The notes under the pieces are model-generated. The model ran no database searches. It was not told the origin of the DNA and saw only the letters and a list, made by a program, of their open reading frames with translations. Shown piece by piece: positions 1 to 10,900 of a stretch of 64,000 nucleotides of DNA. This DNA is from Hyalangium minutum (GTDB lineage: Bacteria; Myxococcota; Myxococcia; Myxococcales; Myxococcaceae): positions 321,072 through 385,071 of the forward strand of contig NZ_JMCB01000007.1 in assembly GCF_000737315.1 (NCBI RefSeq), in the 5' to 3' direction. Positions within the stretch are counted from its first letter, which is position 1, and every line of letters begins with the position of its first letter. Made by a program: the position numbers and the translations under genes.

Positions 1-3000
1 AGCGCCACCGTCTTCTGTCCCTGCTCCTCGAGCACCGTGCGGATGAGCCCCGCGTCCAGGTGGCTCGCGTGGTTGGCGATGACCAGGAAGTTCCGGTTCT
101 GCGGCACGAACTGCTTGCCCGTCACCTTCACGCTGAACGCGCCGCCGTACAGCACCTTCTGCCCGAAGGTGAGCAGCTGCCGGCCGAGGTTCGCCACCAC
201 CTCCGGCACGGGGATCTCCATCTCCTCGGAGCGCTTGTGGTCCTCGGAGATCTCCTTCGCCCGAGCCTCCATCGCCGGCCGGCGCCCGGAGGCGACGATC
301 AGCTTGCGCAGATCGTCCACGGTGTTGATCTGCGTCAAGTCGTTCACCGCGGGCAGCGGCACCCCGGCCTGCTCCAGCGCCACGGACAGCTCCGTGAGCA
401 TCAGCGAGTCGAAGCCCAGGTCCACCGAGAGCCGCGCCTCGGGCCGCACGTCGGCCGCGGGCCGGTTCACCACCTCGGCGATGAGCGGGTAGAGCCAGTC
501 GCTCACGCCGCCCGTGCCCGGATGCGTCACCTTGTCGCGGGCCTTCTCGCCCGAGGAGGCCAGCCGCTCCAGGCGCTTGAGCTCCTCGACCACCAGCTTG
601 CGCTTCACCTTGCGCGTGGAGGTGCGAGGCAGCTCGCCGTCCCAGAAGCGCAGCACCTTCACCCGGCGGTAGAAGGGCATGTCCGCGCTCACGTTGCGGA
701 AGTGCTCCTCCAACTCGCGGCGAACCTCCTCGCGAGGCCGCTCCTTGTAGTCCGGCACACAGAGACAGGCGACCTTCTCGCCACCGCCATCCTCGGGCAT
801 GCCGACGATGGACAGCTCCTTGATGTGCGTGTGGACGCTGTACAGATCCTCAAGCTCGTCCGGGTACACGTTCTTCCCGTTGGCGTCGATGATCACGTCC
901 TTCTTGCGGCCCACGAGGTACAGGCGTCCCTCGGCATCCAGCCGGCCCAGGTCGCCCGTGTGCAGCCAGCCGCTCTTGAGCACGGCCTCGGTGGCCTCAC
1001 GGTCCCCGAAGTAGCCCGCCATGATGTTCGGGCCCTTGGCGATCACCTCGCCGATGCCATCGTTGTCCGGCTGATCGATCTTGAACTCGATGCCTGGCAG
1101 CGCCTTGCCCACCGTGCCCGGCTGGCGCTTGTTGGTCGGCTCCGCGACGCTGAGCACCGGGGCTGCCTCGGTGAGGCCGTAGCCCTCGGTGATGTTGAAG
1201 CCCAGGGCGTGGAAGGCCTTGTGCACGTCATCCGGCAGCGCCGAGCCGCCCGACACCAGGAACTTCACCTTGCCGCCGAACTTGCGGTGCACCGGCCAGA
1301 ACAGCAGCTTGCCCAGGTTGATCGAGCTGCGGTTGCGCAGCTCCCCGTGCGACGCCATGAGCGCCTTGATGGCCTGCTCCACCGCTGGGGGACGGCTGGC
1401 CATCTCCTGGGTGATCTTCCGGTGCAGCAGCTGCCACAGCGCCGGCACGCCGACCATCGCGGTGACGCGGCCCGTCTCGAACACGTCGCCCAGCCGGTCT
1501 GCCGTCAGCTCGTCGATGTACGTGATCTCCGCGCCGCGCGAGAACGGCATGAGGAAGCCCGCGGAGAACTCGAACGTGTGGTGCAGCGGGAGCACGGACA
1601 CCAGCCCATCTCCCACGCCGATGTTGAACGCCCCCGCCAGCTTGGCCACCAGCGACGCGAAGTTGCGGTGGGTGAGCATGACGCCCTTGGGCGTGCCCGT
1701 GGTGCCCGAGGTGAAGATGAGGCTCGCCACGTCATCCGCCGCCGCCGTCTTCCGCACCGGCCCGATGCGATCCGGGTACGCCGGGTCTCCGGACATGGCC
1801 TCGGCGAGGCTGAGCACCTGCGTGGAGCGCTCGCCATCCGTGAGCGACGCCACCAGGCTCGGGAACTCCTCGATGGACTGCTCGGAGATGAGGCACGCCT
1901 TGGCCTCGGCGCGGCGGGCGATGTTCACCACCTCCGCCTCGCTGAGCGCAGGGTCGACCGGAACCACGGTGCCGCCCGCGCGCAGGATGCCGAAGTAGGA
2001 GATGGCCCACTCGGGCCGGTTCTCGGACACCAGCAGCACGCGGTCGCCGTGCTTCACACCGGCCTTCATGAGGGCGCTGCCGACGCGGCCCGCGTAGCGG
2101 TGCACCTCGCCGTAGGTGACGCGCTCCTCCTTCTCGTCGGCGAACATCCGGAAGGCCACGCGGTGCCGGAAGGCGTGCACGGAGGCCTCGAACAGCTCCA
2201 GCAGGTCGCGGTGCGCGGGGATGACGGTGCGCCGCTGCGTCTCCTCCTCGAGCCCCGGGAACACCCACTTCTCCAGGCCGGGCAGGTGCGTCTCCAGCCA
2301 GTACGTGCGCCAGTCGATGTGCTCGGGGGCCCAGGGAATCTTCAGCCGGTCCGCGTGAGCCATGCGCTGGTACACCGAGCGCGTGTTGTCGCAGCGGAAG
2401 ACGTAGCGGTTCTCCCAGATGAAGGGGAGGAACAGCTCGATCATGCCCGCGAGGCTGCCGACCTGCTCCTCGACGCCATCCAGCGTGTCCTTGGCGCGGT
2501 CCAGCAGGGCTTGCACACCGGGGGCGCCCCAGGTGGGCCGCACCTCGTCGATGAGCTTCTTGAGCAGCCGCGAGCCCTTGATGAACGCCGGAGCACTGAA
2601 GTTCTCGAAGGCCTGCTTGGTGACGGGGACGGGCTCCACGCGCGAGCGCACCGCGTTCATCAGCGCGTTGCCCGTCTCCTTGTTGCGGTAGTAGCGGCGG
2701 CGGTACAGGCCCACCAACTCCACGGAACGGCTGGCGTAGAACGGGTTCTCGTCACCGGAGGCCAGGTGGTAGACGCGCCGCTCCTCCACCGTGAGCGAGT
2801 GCGCGGTAATCCCAATGGTGGCTCCGGCCACGTGGTCCACGGGGATAATGTCGAGAATGGTCCGGTCGCCCGCGGGGATGCCGCGCTGGCCCTTGAGGCC
2901 GGCGAACGCGAGCGGCGCGGAGGTGGTGAAGCCTTCGTTCCACCCGGGAAAGGGGAAGTGCTGGGCGCTCTCGACGATGGAGGGCCGGACGATGGAGTAG

Positions 3001-3890
3001 CGCAGGCCCGGAGTCGCGGCGAGCACCTGCTCGCCCAGGCTCTTGGTGTACGTGTACGTGTTGGGCCAGCCCCAGTGCAGCGCGCGCTCCATGCCCGCGC
3101 GGACCAGCTCGCCGGTGAGCCACAGCTTGCGCTCGCGGCCCACGGCGAGGCGCAGCGTCTTCTCGTCGTTGGTGTCGCGGCCCTCTTCCTCCAGGCGATC
3201 CAGCGCCTTCTTGCGGAAGAGCGAGGTGAGGGCCTTGTCATCGGCCTGCTCGCGCAGCCGGGCGACAATCCGCTCGGCGTCCTTCAGCTCCTGCTCCAGG
3301 CTGAAGTCGCGCCCGTCCAGCTCGTCCTTCTTGGGGAAGTAACCGAGCACCTCCTCGTCCTCGAAGACGAGCCCGCTGCGGTTGCCCGCGACGAAGGCGG
3401 TGGACATGTGCACGAGCGGCGCGTTCCATTTCAGCGCCAGGTCCACCGCGTACTTCACGCCGTGGGTGTTGACGTTGAGGCCCACCTCCAGCGAGGGGTT
3501 GAAGGACACCAGGCCCGCGCAGTTGACGATGGCGGCCACCTTGCCGGTGAGCTCCTCGGCCTTGGCCTCCTCGAGGCCCATGCGCGGATCGGTAATGTCG
3601 CCGTCGAGCACCTCGCACTTCTTGCGGATGAACTCGAGGGCGCCCGCGTCGCCGAGCGCGTCGCGCAGGGGCTGGAAGGGCTCGCTGGTGGCGACCTTGT
3701 CGAAGAAGCGGCGCTCGGACGAGGCGGCGCTGCCCTTGCGTACGAGCACGTAGACCTTGTCCAGCTCCTGGCCGTAGCGCGTGAGGAGCATGGACAAGGT
3801 GACCTTGCCCACGAAGCCGGTGGAGCCGGCAAACAGCAGACGCTTGCCGGTGAAGACCTGGGAGACGTTCAGTTCGGGCAGCAGACTCAT
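1..3890 (-). CDS. elbD: Multidomain ether-lipid biosynthesis enzyme (fatty acyl-CoA reductase + acyl-CoA synthetase + ACP + acyltransferase); 3' end lies outside the window
   Basis: Starts ATG at 3890 (MSLLPELNVSQVFTGKRLLFAGSTGFVGK, FAR Rossmann motif). AMP-binding motif IFTSGTTGTPKG, ACP motif GFDSL, PlsC motif NHASHLD near window start. Frame is open to base 1, so it is missing from the ORF track. Domain order matches Myxococcus ElbD. Confidence 0.88.
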   Translation of the reverse strand, partial: MSLLPELNVSQVFTGKRLLFAGSTGFVGKVTLSMLLTRYGQELDKVYVLVRKGSAASSERRFFDKVATSEPFQPLRDALGDAGALEFIRKKCEVLDGDITDPRMGLEEAKAEELTGKVAAIVNCAGLVSFNPSLEVGLNVNTHGVKYAVDLALKWNAPLVHMSTAFVAGNRSGLVFEDEEVLGYFPKKDELDGRDFSLEQELKDAERIVARLREQADDKALTSLFRKKALDRLEEEGRDTNDEKTLRLAVGRERKLWLTGELVRAGMERALHWGWPNTYTYTKSLGEQVLAATPGLRYSIVRPSIVESAQHFPFPGWNEGFTTSAPLAFAGLKGQRGIPAGDRTILDIIPVDHVAGATIGITAHSLTVEERRVYHLASGDENPFYASRSVELVGLYRRRYYRNKETGNALMNAVRSRVEPVPVTKQAFENFSAPAFIKGSRLLKKLIDEVRPTWGAPGVQALLDRAKDTLDGVEEQVGSLAGMIELFLPFIWENRYVFRCDNTRSVYQRMAHADRLKIPWAPEHIDWRTYWLETHLPGLEKWVFPGLEEETQRRTVIPAHRDLLELFEASVHAFRHRVAFRMFADEKEERVTYGEVHRYAGRVGSALMKAGVKHGDRVLLVSENRPEWAISYFGILRAGGTVVPVDPALSEAEVVNIARRAEAKACLISEQSIEEFPSLVASLTDGERSTQVLSLAEAMSGDPAYPDRIGPVRKTAAADDVASLIFTSGTTGTPKGVMLTHRNFASLVAKLAGAFNIGVGDGLVSVLPLHHTFEFSAGFLMPFSRGAEITYIDELTADRLGDVFETGRVTAMVGVPALWQLLHRKITQEMASRPPAVEQAIKALMASHGELRNRSSINLGKLLFWPVHRKFGGKVKFLVSGGSALPDDVHKAFHALGFNITEGYGLTEAAPVLSVAEPTNKRQPGTVGKALPGIEFKIDQPDNDGIGEVIAKGPNIMAGYFGDREATEAVLKSGWLHTGDLGRLDAEGRLYLVGRKKDVIIDANGKNVYPDELEDLYSVHTHIKELSIVGMPEDGGGEKVACLCVPDYKERPREEVRRELEEHFRNVSADMPFYRRVKVLRFWDGELPRTSTRKVKRKLVVEELKRLERLASSGEKARDKVTHPGTGGVSDWLYPLIAEVVNRPAADVRPEARLSVDLGFDSLMLTELSVALEQAGVPLPAVNDLTQINTVDDLRKLIVASGRRPAMEARAKEISEDHKRSEEMEIPVPEVVANLGRQLLTFGQKVLYGGAFSVKVTGKQFVPQNRNFLVIANHASHLDAGLIRTVLEEQGQKTVA

Positions 3891-3901
3891 GTGCGACTCG
3901 C

Positions 3902-5515
3902 TCAGAGCTTCACGTCCGCAAGCAGGGTGGGCGCGATGCGCAGCAGGCTAATGGTGGCCGAGCGGCCCATGAAGCCGCGGGCCTCTTCGATGGCCTCGGT
4001 GAGGGTGTCAGTGCGGTCCCAGCCGAGCAGCGCGGGCACGTGGTTGTTCTCGGCACCGGCGACGATGACCTTGCCCACGTGCTGGCGGCCGTTCTCGCCC
4101 CAGTACCACATATAGAAGGGGTGCACGCCGTGGTAGGCGTTGCCCTTGCGGTACAGGTGCACGTAGCTGGGGTTCTCCGCGAACTCGCGCTCGTACTTGT
4201 GCTCCAGCTTCATCGAGTCGCGCGTCTCCGGCAGCAGCCGGTTGAAGAACTCGATGTAGCTGGGGTGCTGCACCGGATCGAACTCGTCGAACGCCGGGTG
4301 CAGGAGGATGAGCACGCCGCCCTTCTTCACCAGCGGCACGCCGCGGTTCAGGTTGAAGAAGTAGCCCAGCCCCATGACCTGCAGGAGCAGCGGGTTGAGC
4401 ACCGAGTTGACGCTGTACGGCGAGATGAAGGGGATGGGGAAGATGACGATGTCGCTCTGCCCCTCCACCGGCACCGAGTACTGCTTCCAGCTCATCTCCA
4501 GCGTCTTGGCGTGGGTGGGCTCGGTGGCGCCGGCGAACACGCCCGTCACGTCGTAGGGGGCGGGCACGGAGTTGAAGATCTTCCGGGCCGCCGCGCGCGG
4601 GGTGTGCTTGAGGGCGAACAGCGCCGCCTGCAGCTTGAGCCGGTCCGCCTCCGTGTAGTCCTCCTCCTTCTTGGCGAGGAACTCCAGCGGCGCGCCGAAC
4701 ATGCGGTTGTTGAGCGTGGTCTCGATGTGGAAGACCTTGAGGTGCTTGTCGATCACCGAGCCAATGCGCGTGTTGCTCTTGTAGAGCGCGCTCGCCTTGG
4801 GCTCCATGTAGCTGTCGGACTCGCGGATCGTCTTCGGGTTGTGGTGCGAGCGCAGCGACGCGTAGTTGGCCACGCCCGTGCCCATGGACTTGTGCCCGCC
4901 GTTCATCGGCACGAAGTTCACGTTCACGTAGACGATGAGATCGCTCTCCGCCACGCGGCGGTTGATGGCGACCACTTCCTGGTGGCTGGTGCGCTCCAGC
5001 TCGACGATGCCGTCCGGATCCTCGGCGTCGTGGTTGTAGTACCGGTCCGGGTAGTAGGCGTCGTAGATCTTCTGGCCCACCATGCGCTTCATCTCCGCCT
5101 CGGTCATCCGGCGGTGCAGCGCGTTGGCGATGACCAGGTGGATGTCATCCACGCCGCTGTCGGCGGCCAGATCCAGCACCACCTCGAGGATGGTCTGCCG
5201 CACGTCCGGGGTGACCATGGGCGGCAGCGGCACGGAGATGTCGTCGATGACGCAGGTCAGCTTCATGCCCGGGCGCAGCAGGGCGTGCAGCGGATCCATG
5301 CCCTCCGGGTGGTTGATGGCCCAGCGGATGGCGGCCTTCGTGTTGGGCACGCCGGCCATGGGCGGCCGGGGGAAGATGACCCGTGTTCCAACGGGCAGGT
5401 CCTCCAAGAGGAAGTTCTCACCGAAGAAGAGGGCGCGCGGAGGGCTGCCCTTCTCGGTGATGACGACCTGACTTTCCTCGTCGTAGAGCTTCTGGAGCGT
5501 CTTGATGGGGCGCAT
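3902..5515 (-). CDS. LarA (lactate racemase)-like domain protein of the elb operon
   Basis: 537 aa; motifs VIDDISVP, ALHRRMT, NHDAED, GGHKS resemble the LarA/DUF2088 family; 11 bp from elbD. Confidence 0.75.
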   Translation of the reverse strand: MRPIKTLQKLYDEESQVVITEKGSPPRALFFGENFLLEDLPVGTRVIFPRPPMAGVPNTKAAIRWAINHPEGMDPLHALLRPGMKLTCVIDDISVPLPPMVTPDVRQTILEVVLDLAADSGVDDIHLVIANALHRRMTEAEMKRMVGQKIYDAYYPDRYYNHDAEDPDGIVELERTSHQEVVAINRRVAESDLIVYVNVNFVPMNGGHKSMGTGVANYASLRSHHNPKTIRESDSYMEPKASALYKSNTRIGSVIDKHLKVFHIETTLNNRMFGAPLEFLAKKEEDYTEADRLKLQAALFALKHTPRAAARKIFNSVPAPYDVTGVFAGATEPTHAKTLEMSWKQYSVPVEGQSDIVIFPIPFISPYSVNSVLNPLLLQVMGLGYFFNLNRGVPLVKKGGVLILLHPAFDEFDPVQHPSYIEFFNRLLPETRDSMKLEHKYEREFAENPSYVHLYRKGNAYHGVHPFYMWYWGENGRQHVGKVIVAGAENNHVPALLGWDRTDTLTEAIEEARGFMGRSATISLLRIAPTLLADVKL

Positions 5516-5527
5516 AGGTAGAGTGGG

Positions 5528-6196
5528 TTACTTCAGATCGAGGATGGGCCAGTTGTAGGCGCGCGCGAGCTGGCGCAGGCGCATGTCCGGGTTGACGGCG
5601 GTGGGCCGGCCCACAATGGCCAACATGGCGTAGTCCGAGGCGCTGTCCGAGTAGCCGTGGCAGTGCGCCAGCGACAGGCCTTCCTTCACGCAGTAGTCGC
5701 GGATGGCGTTGGCCTTGTTGGCGCCCTCGATGATGGGGGGAATCACCTTGCCGGTGGCCTTGCCGCCCACGAACTGCATCTTGTTGGCGATGAGCTCGTC
5801 AGCGCCCAGGTACCGGGCGAGCGGGCGCATGGTGAAGTCCAGCGCGCCCGTCACCAGGACAATGCGGCACCCGGCACGGCGGGCCTCGGCGATCAGGTCC
5901 TTGGACTGTTCGTAGAGGCCCGGCTTGAGCACGTCCTCGAACATGTCCTCGGCGACGGTGATGAGCCGGTCTTCGGAGAGTCCCGCGTAGTAGCGGTAGA
6001 AGAACTCGTTGAAGACCTTGCGGTTGACGACATCCAACGCTCCGAACAGCGGGAGGCTCGCGGCGGTGCCGAGCGTGCGCCCGGCCATGCCCAGGAGCGA
6101 GCCACGGTTCATCGCGTAGTAGGCGTAGACGTGGACGACGTTCGTCTTCACGAGCGTCCCGTCGACATCATAGAAGGCAGCTTTAGCGGGGGGCAT
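5528..6196 (-). CDS. HAD-IB family hydrolase/phosphatase (elb operon)
   Basis: Motif I FYDVDGTL, motif II VTG, motif IV GYSDSASD; ATG at 6196 preferred over GTG at 6217. Confidence 0.85.
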   Translation of the reverse strand: MPPAKAAFYDVDGTLVKTNVVHVYAYYAMNRGSLLGMAGRTLGTAASLPLFGALDVVNRKVFNEFFYRYYAGLSEDRLITVAEDMFEDVLKPGLYEQSKDLIAEARRAGCRIVLVTGALDFTMRPLARYLGADELIANKMQFVGGKATGKVIPPIIEGANKANAIRDYCVKEGLSLAHCHGYSDSASDYAMLAIVGRPTAVNPDMRLRQLARAYNWPILDLK

Positions 6197-6282
6197 GGGG
6201 CTGGCGCTTCCTGACACTCCTGTAGGGGTGTGTCAACGACGCCGGAAGTGTGGGAATTCGCTGGTAAACCTCGGTGGGAAAC

Positions 6283-7260
6283 TCACAACCAGCCCTGCTC
6301 TTGGTACCACCGGGCGCTGCGGCGGATGGAGTCCACGACATCTCTTCGAGGACGGAAGCCCAACAGCCGTTCGGCCTTGGCGCCGGAGCACGTCCACGCG
6401 GGGGCCAGGAGCTGACGCGCGAGCTTGCGGTTCAGGGGCAGCTTGCGCCCGGTGGCCTGGGTGACGACGTCCGCCGCCGAGGCCAGGCCCTTGAGCACCC
6501 AGGGTGGGAGGTGGACCGTCCGCGTCTTCACGCCCAGCTCCCGGGCGCCAATGTCCTGCAGCTCATCCATGGTGAGGTGCTGCGGGCCGGCGACGAAGAA
6601 GGCCTCGCCCAGGGCCTCGGGGCGGTCGGCGAGCACCAGCATGAGGTCCACCACGTCCTCGACATCCACCAGGGTGAGGGGGCGGGGACCACCGCCAATC
6701 TCCAGGCGGATGCCCTTCTTCACCAGCTTGAAGAAGGTGAGGTTCTCGTGGTCGCCGGGCCCGAGGATGCGCGGCGGGCGCACCACTGTCACCGGCAGCC
6801 GATCCTTGTAAGAGAGGGCGATGCGCTCGGCCTCGCCCTTGCTCTCGCCGTACCACTCGGCGGGGTGGAAGGGGTCCTCCTCCACGTGGGGACGGCCGGC
6901 GGACGAGGGGCCCGAAGCGGCCAGCGAGCCGCACAGCACCAGGCGCGCTTTTCCTCCGGCCTTGAGCATGGCCTCGCACACATTGCGCGTGCCCTCGGCG
7001 TTGACGCGCATGAACTCGTCGCGCGTGGCGGCACGGCGGATGCCCGCCAGGTGGAACACCACGTCGCGTCCGGCCACGGCGCGCTCCAGCGAGGCCGAGT
7101 CCGTGACGTCTCCGTCGAGGCGGGTATAGGGCAGGCCCGCGAGCGCCGAGATATCGCTGGTGGGGCGCAGCAGGCACGCGACGGTGTCTTTCCGAGCGAC
7201 AAGGGCCTTGGCGAGCCAGGCTCCCAGGAAGCCGTTGGCACCGGTGATGAGGGCGTTCAT
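6283..7260 (-). CDS. NAD-dependent epimerase/dehydratase (extended SDR), first gene of the elb-like operon
   Basis: MNALITGANGFLG Rossmann motif; YGESK catalytic YxxxK. Confidence 0.85.
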   Translation of the reverse strand: MNALITGANGFLGAWLAKALVARKDTVACLLRPTSDISALAGLPYTRLDGDVTDSASLERAVAGRDVVFHLAGIRRAATRDEFMRVNAEGTRNVCEAMLKAGGKARLVLCGSLAASGPSSAGRPHVEEDPFHPAEWYGESKGEAERIALSYKDRLPVTVVRPPRILGPGDHENLTFFKLVKKGIRLEIGGGPRPLTLVDVEDVVDLMLVLADRPEALGEAFFVAGPQHLTMDELQDIGARELGVKTRTVHLPPWVLKGLASAADVVTQATGRKLPLNRKLARQLLAPAWTCSGAKAERLLGFRPRRDVVDSIRRSARWYQEQGWL

Positions 7261-7513
7261 GGGCTCGTCTTCAAGACCAAAGCGGCACAGCCGGCAAGGG
7301 GAAATCCCGGACCGAAGTGCCTTTCTCCCGAGGGGAAAACGGCGCGTCACCCCCCCTCCTCCGAGTGTGAAACAGCGATCACGGCGCTGTTTTCAGAGGG
7401 AAAGTCGCACGGAAGGGCTGTTTTTCGGCTCGGGCCGTGCTACTACGCCGCGCACGGCTCTAGGTTCCCAACGCCGTAATCCACGTCCCCTTCGGAGGGG
7501 AGGAGACTCAAGA

Positions 7514-7837
7514 ATGGCCGCGAAGAAGGCTGCTGCGAAGAAGACCACTGCTACTGCTGCGAAGAAGGCTCCCGCGAAGAAGGCCGCTGGTGCGAAGCGC
7601 AAGCCGAACGCAGCGTTCATGCAGGAGTTCACCCCGTCGCCTGAGCTCGCTGCTGTCATTGGCGAGAAGCCGCTCCCGCGCACCGCGGTGATCAAGAACC
7701 TGTGGACCTACTTCAAGAAGCATGGCCTGAACCAGGGTCAGCTCATCAACCTGGATGACAACCTGAAGAAGGTCTACGGCAACAAGAAGCAGATCAAGAT
7801 GACCGAGGTCGCTGCGGCCTTCAAGCACCTGAAGTAG
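7514..7837 (+). CDS. SWIB/MDM2-domain protein with Lys/Ala-rich N-terminal tail
   Basis: AGGAG RBS; MAAKKAAAKK tail; SWIB-like core SPELAAVIG..PRTAVIKNLWTYFKKHGL..LINLDDNLKKVYG. Confidence 0.85.
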   Translation: MAAKKAAAKKTTATAAKKAPAKKAAGAKRKPNAAFMQEFTPSPELAAVIGEKPLPRTAVIKNLWTYFKKHGLNQGQLINLDDNLKKVYGNKKQIKMTEVAAAFKHLK

Positions 7838-7878
7838 CCGTCGATCGCACGCAGCCCTCTGGGGCGCGCGTCGCACAC

Positions 7879-7914
7879 AGGGCTCGCCGAGATTCGGCGG
7901 GCCCTCTGTTTTTT
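7879..7914 (+). terminator. Intrinsic terminator after the SWIB gene
   Basis: agggctcgccga-ga-ttcggcgggccct stem followed by ctgtttttt. Confidence 0.7.
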
Positions 7915-7919
7915 CCGCG

Positions 7920-10900
7920 TCAGTGAGGCTGCTGCTGCAGCCAGTGCTCCAGCAGACGCAAGGAGCTGCGCAGGTCCGAGGAGGCCGCCGCCGGAGGAGC
8001 CTTCCGGGCGCGCTCCAGCCGCTGCCGCGCCGAGGCGAGGAACTGCTCCACCTGGGCGGACGGCGCTCCGGTGCGCGCCACCGCGAGATCCACCGTGGCG
8101 CGCAGCAGGGACACCAGCTCGATGAGCACGGGGTCCTCGCGCAGCTCGGGCGCGGCCTCGAGTGCGAGGAAGCTCTCGGAGGCGGCGGGGAGCTGGCCGA
8201 GCGCGGCGTACACCGCGGCGAGGTGCGCGGAGAAGCGCAGCATGTGCCAGCGGGAGACCTCGGACAGGGTGGCGATGGCCTCGCGCAAGTACGTCTGAGC
8301 CTGCGCGGGGTCATCCAGCCACAGGCAGGCGCGGCCGAGCTCTCCCAGCGCGCACGCCTCCAGCAATCGGCTGCCGAGCTGACGCCCAATGGGCACCGCT
8401 GCCTCCAGGTGCTCCACGGCCTCGACGGCGCGGTTCTCCTCCAGCAATAGGCATCCAATGTTCAGCCGCGCGGTGGCCTGGCTGAAGCGGTCCCCCACGT
8501 GGGTGGACTTGGTGACGGCTTCCTTCAAGAGCGCCACGGCCTCGCGCATCCTCCCGAGCTCACCGATGGCGAAGGCGTAGTTGATGAGGAAGGCCACTTC
8601 GAAGGGCGCGTCTCCGAGCCCGCGGAACAGCTCCAGCGCCGAGCGCAGGTGAGGCACGGCCGCCGTGGCGCCGCTGCGGAACAGCTCCACGAGGCCGAGG
8701 TTGCCCACCGCATAGCCCTCCAGCCACTTGTCGCCACCCGAGGGCAGTGCTCGCGCTCCCACCACCAGGGCCCACGCCGCGTTCATGTCACCTTCGTGGC
8801 GCGCCACCATGGAGAGCCCTACCAGCACCCGCTTCTCTTGCGCGCCCGCGCCCAGGGCATGGAAGGCCTTCCGGGCCTCCTCGAGAGCCTTGCGCGCGGC
8901 GGCCAGCTGACCCAGCTCCAAGTGGGTCCGGCCGCGCATCGCGAGCGCCTCGGCGCGCAGCAGCGCATCCACGGGGAGACTGGCGGCCAGATCCAATGCG
9001 TGGTCCAGCCGCTCGAGAGTGAGATCCATGGGCCCGCGCGCCGTCACGTCTGGCTCGAGCGCAATGAGTCCGCCCAGGGCCCGGCCGAGGGACTCGGGCG
9101 TGTGAGGGCGCTGGGCCAGGGCATGATCCACCACGGCCAGCAGGTTCTCGCGCTCCACCGCGAGCCGGCGCAGGGCCTCGACACCGCTGCTCCCGTGCAG
9201 GAGCCGCGTGAGCACGCGGGCATGTTCCAGGAAGAATGCGGCATGGCGGGCCACCACGGAGGCCTCGGCGCCCGGCTCGGCCAGCCGCTCCGAGGCGTAC
9301 TCGCGCACGCTCTCGTACAGGCTCAGGCGCCGCTCGCCCTCGACATCATCCGTGGGGGCGGTGCGCAGCAGCGACTTGCTGCGCAGCGATTGGATGACGT
9401 CCAGCACGTCCGGACTGTCTGGAGGAAGTTCGAGCACGGCCTCGGCGGCCTCGAGGGTAAAGCCGCCGCGGAACACGGAGCACTGGGCCAGGGCCTCGCG
9501 CTCGGCGGGCTCCAGGAGGTTCCAGCTCCAGTCGATGGCGCCGCGCAGCGTGGCCTGCCGCGCCGAGGCATCCCGGCGTCCCGCGCGCAGCAGCACGAAG
9601 CGCCGCTCCAACCGCTCGCGAATCTGAGCCACGCCCAGCACGTGGGTGCGCGCGGCGGCCAGCTCGATGGCCAGGGCAATCCCATCCAGGCGGCGGACGA
9701 TCTCGGACACCAGAGGCGCATCCTCGGCCGTCAGCACGTAGTTGCCCTGAGCGCCCTGGGCGCGCTGCACGAAGAGGCGCACGGCCTCCGAGCGGGAGAT
9801 GGCCTCCAGGGACGTCTCGTCCTCGGCGGGCAGCCCCAGGGGAGCCAGATCCAGCACCCACTCTCCCGGCAGCCGCATCTCCTCGCGAGAGGTGACGAGG
9901 AAGCGCGCGTGGGGCGCCAGCGTCATCCACCGTCCCAGGGTGGCGGACACATGGCGCATCAGGTGCTCCATGTTGTCGAGGATGAGGAGCACCTGGCCCC
10001 GGCCCGCCAGCGCGCGGCCGATCTGCTCGGCGGCATCTCCCTCTTGGCCCCCATGGATCAGGTCCACCTCGAGCGCCTGGCCGACCACATGGCAGATGTC
10101 TCCCGCGGTGGTGGCCTCGGTCAGCACGCACAGCCACGCACCCCCCTCCCAGAGCTGCGGAGAGCTGAGCTGGGTGCTGCCGAAGTGGGTGGCCAGGCGC
10201 GTTTTCCCCATCCCCCCAGGGCCGAGGATGGTGATGAGCCGCGCGCCTTCCTGGAATCGCTTCGCCAGCAGCGCCAGCTCTTCCTCGCGGCCCACGAGGG
10301 CACTGGTGACAGAGGGGAGGTTGCCGCGCCGGGCCTCCAGGGCGCGCAGCGGGCGGAAACGCCGGTCCGCCAGAGCGGCCGGAAGCAGCTCGATCAGGGT
10401 GACGGGTTCATCCAGACCCTTGAGGCGAAATTCACCCAGGGTCCTGACGGCCGGCTGTCCTACCGCTTCCCATTGGTCGGCCACCTGGGTCCAGGCTGCC
10501 CCACTTAGAAGGATCTGTCCGCCATGACCCGCCGACGTGACACGCGCCGCCACGTTCACCGTCCGGCCCAGGTAGTCCGCTCGGCCCGTGCGCTCATCCA
10601 CGCGGCACTCGGCCTCGCCGACGTGGATTCCCATGCGGACGCGCAGCCCTCGGTGCAGGGGCCGCCCCTGGGGCCCGCGCTCCTCGGCGCCCTGGGGATG
10701 GGCCAGCACTTCCGCGGGCCACGAGGCCTGTAGCAGCGCCTCCTGCGCATCCAGACACCAGCGCACGGCCTCCGGCACCGTGGGGAAGACCACCATGAAG
10801 GAGTCCCCCTGGGTCTTCACCTCGTATCCCCAGGTGGTGGCCAGCAGGGCGCGCAGCACCGTGTTGTGCATATCCAGCGCGGCCTGCATGGCCTCGCCAC

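Noticed and set aside
60-4115. Long + strand ORF (1351 aa) and many similar long antisense ORFs (e.g. 13039..15267, 20367..22652, 43139..44986)
   Set aside because: Antisense shadows of real genes, caused by GC-rich codon bias; no motifs of their own.
1-7260. Ether-lipid operon as a novel system
   Set aside because: Matches the described Myxococcus elb cluster; only the role of the LarA-like gene is flagged.
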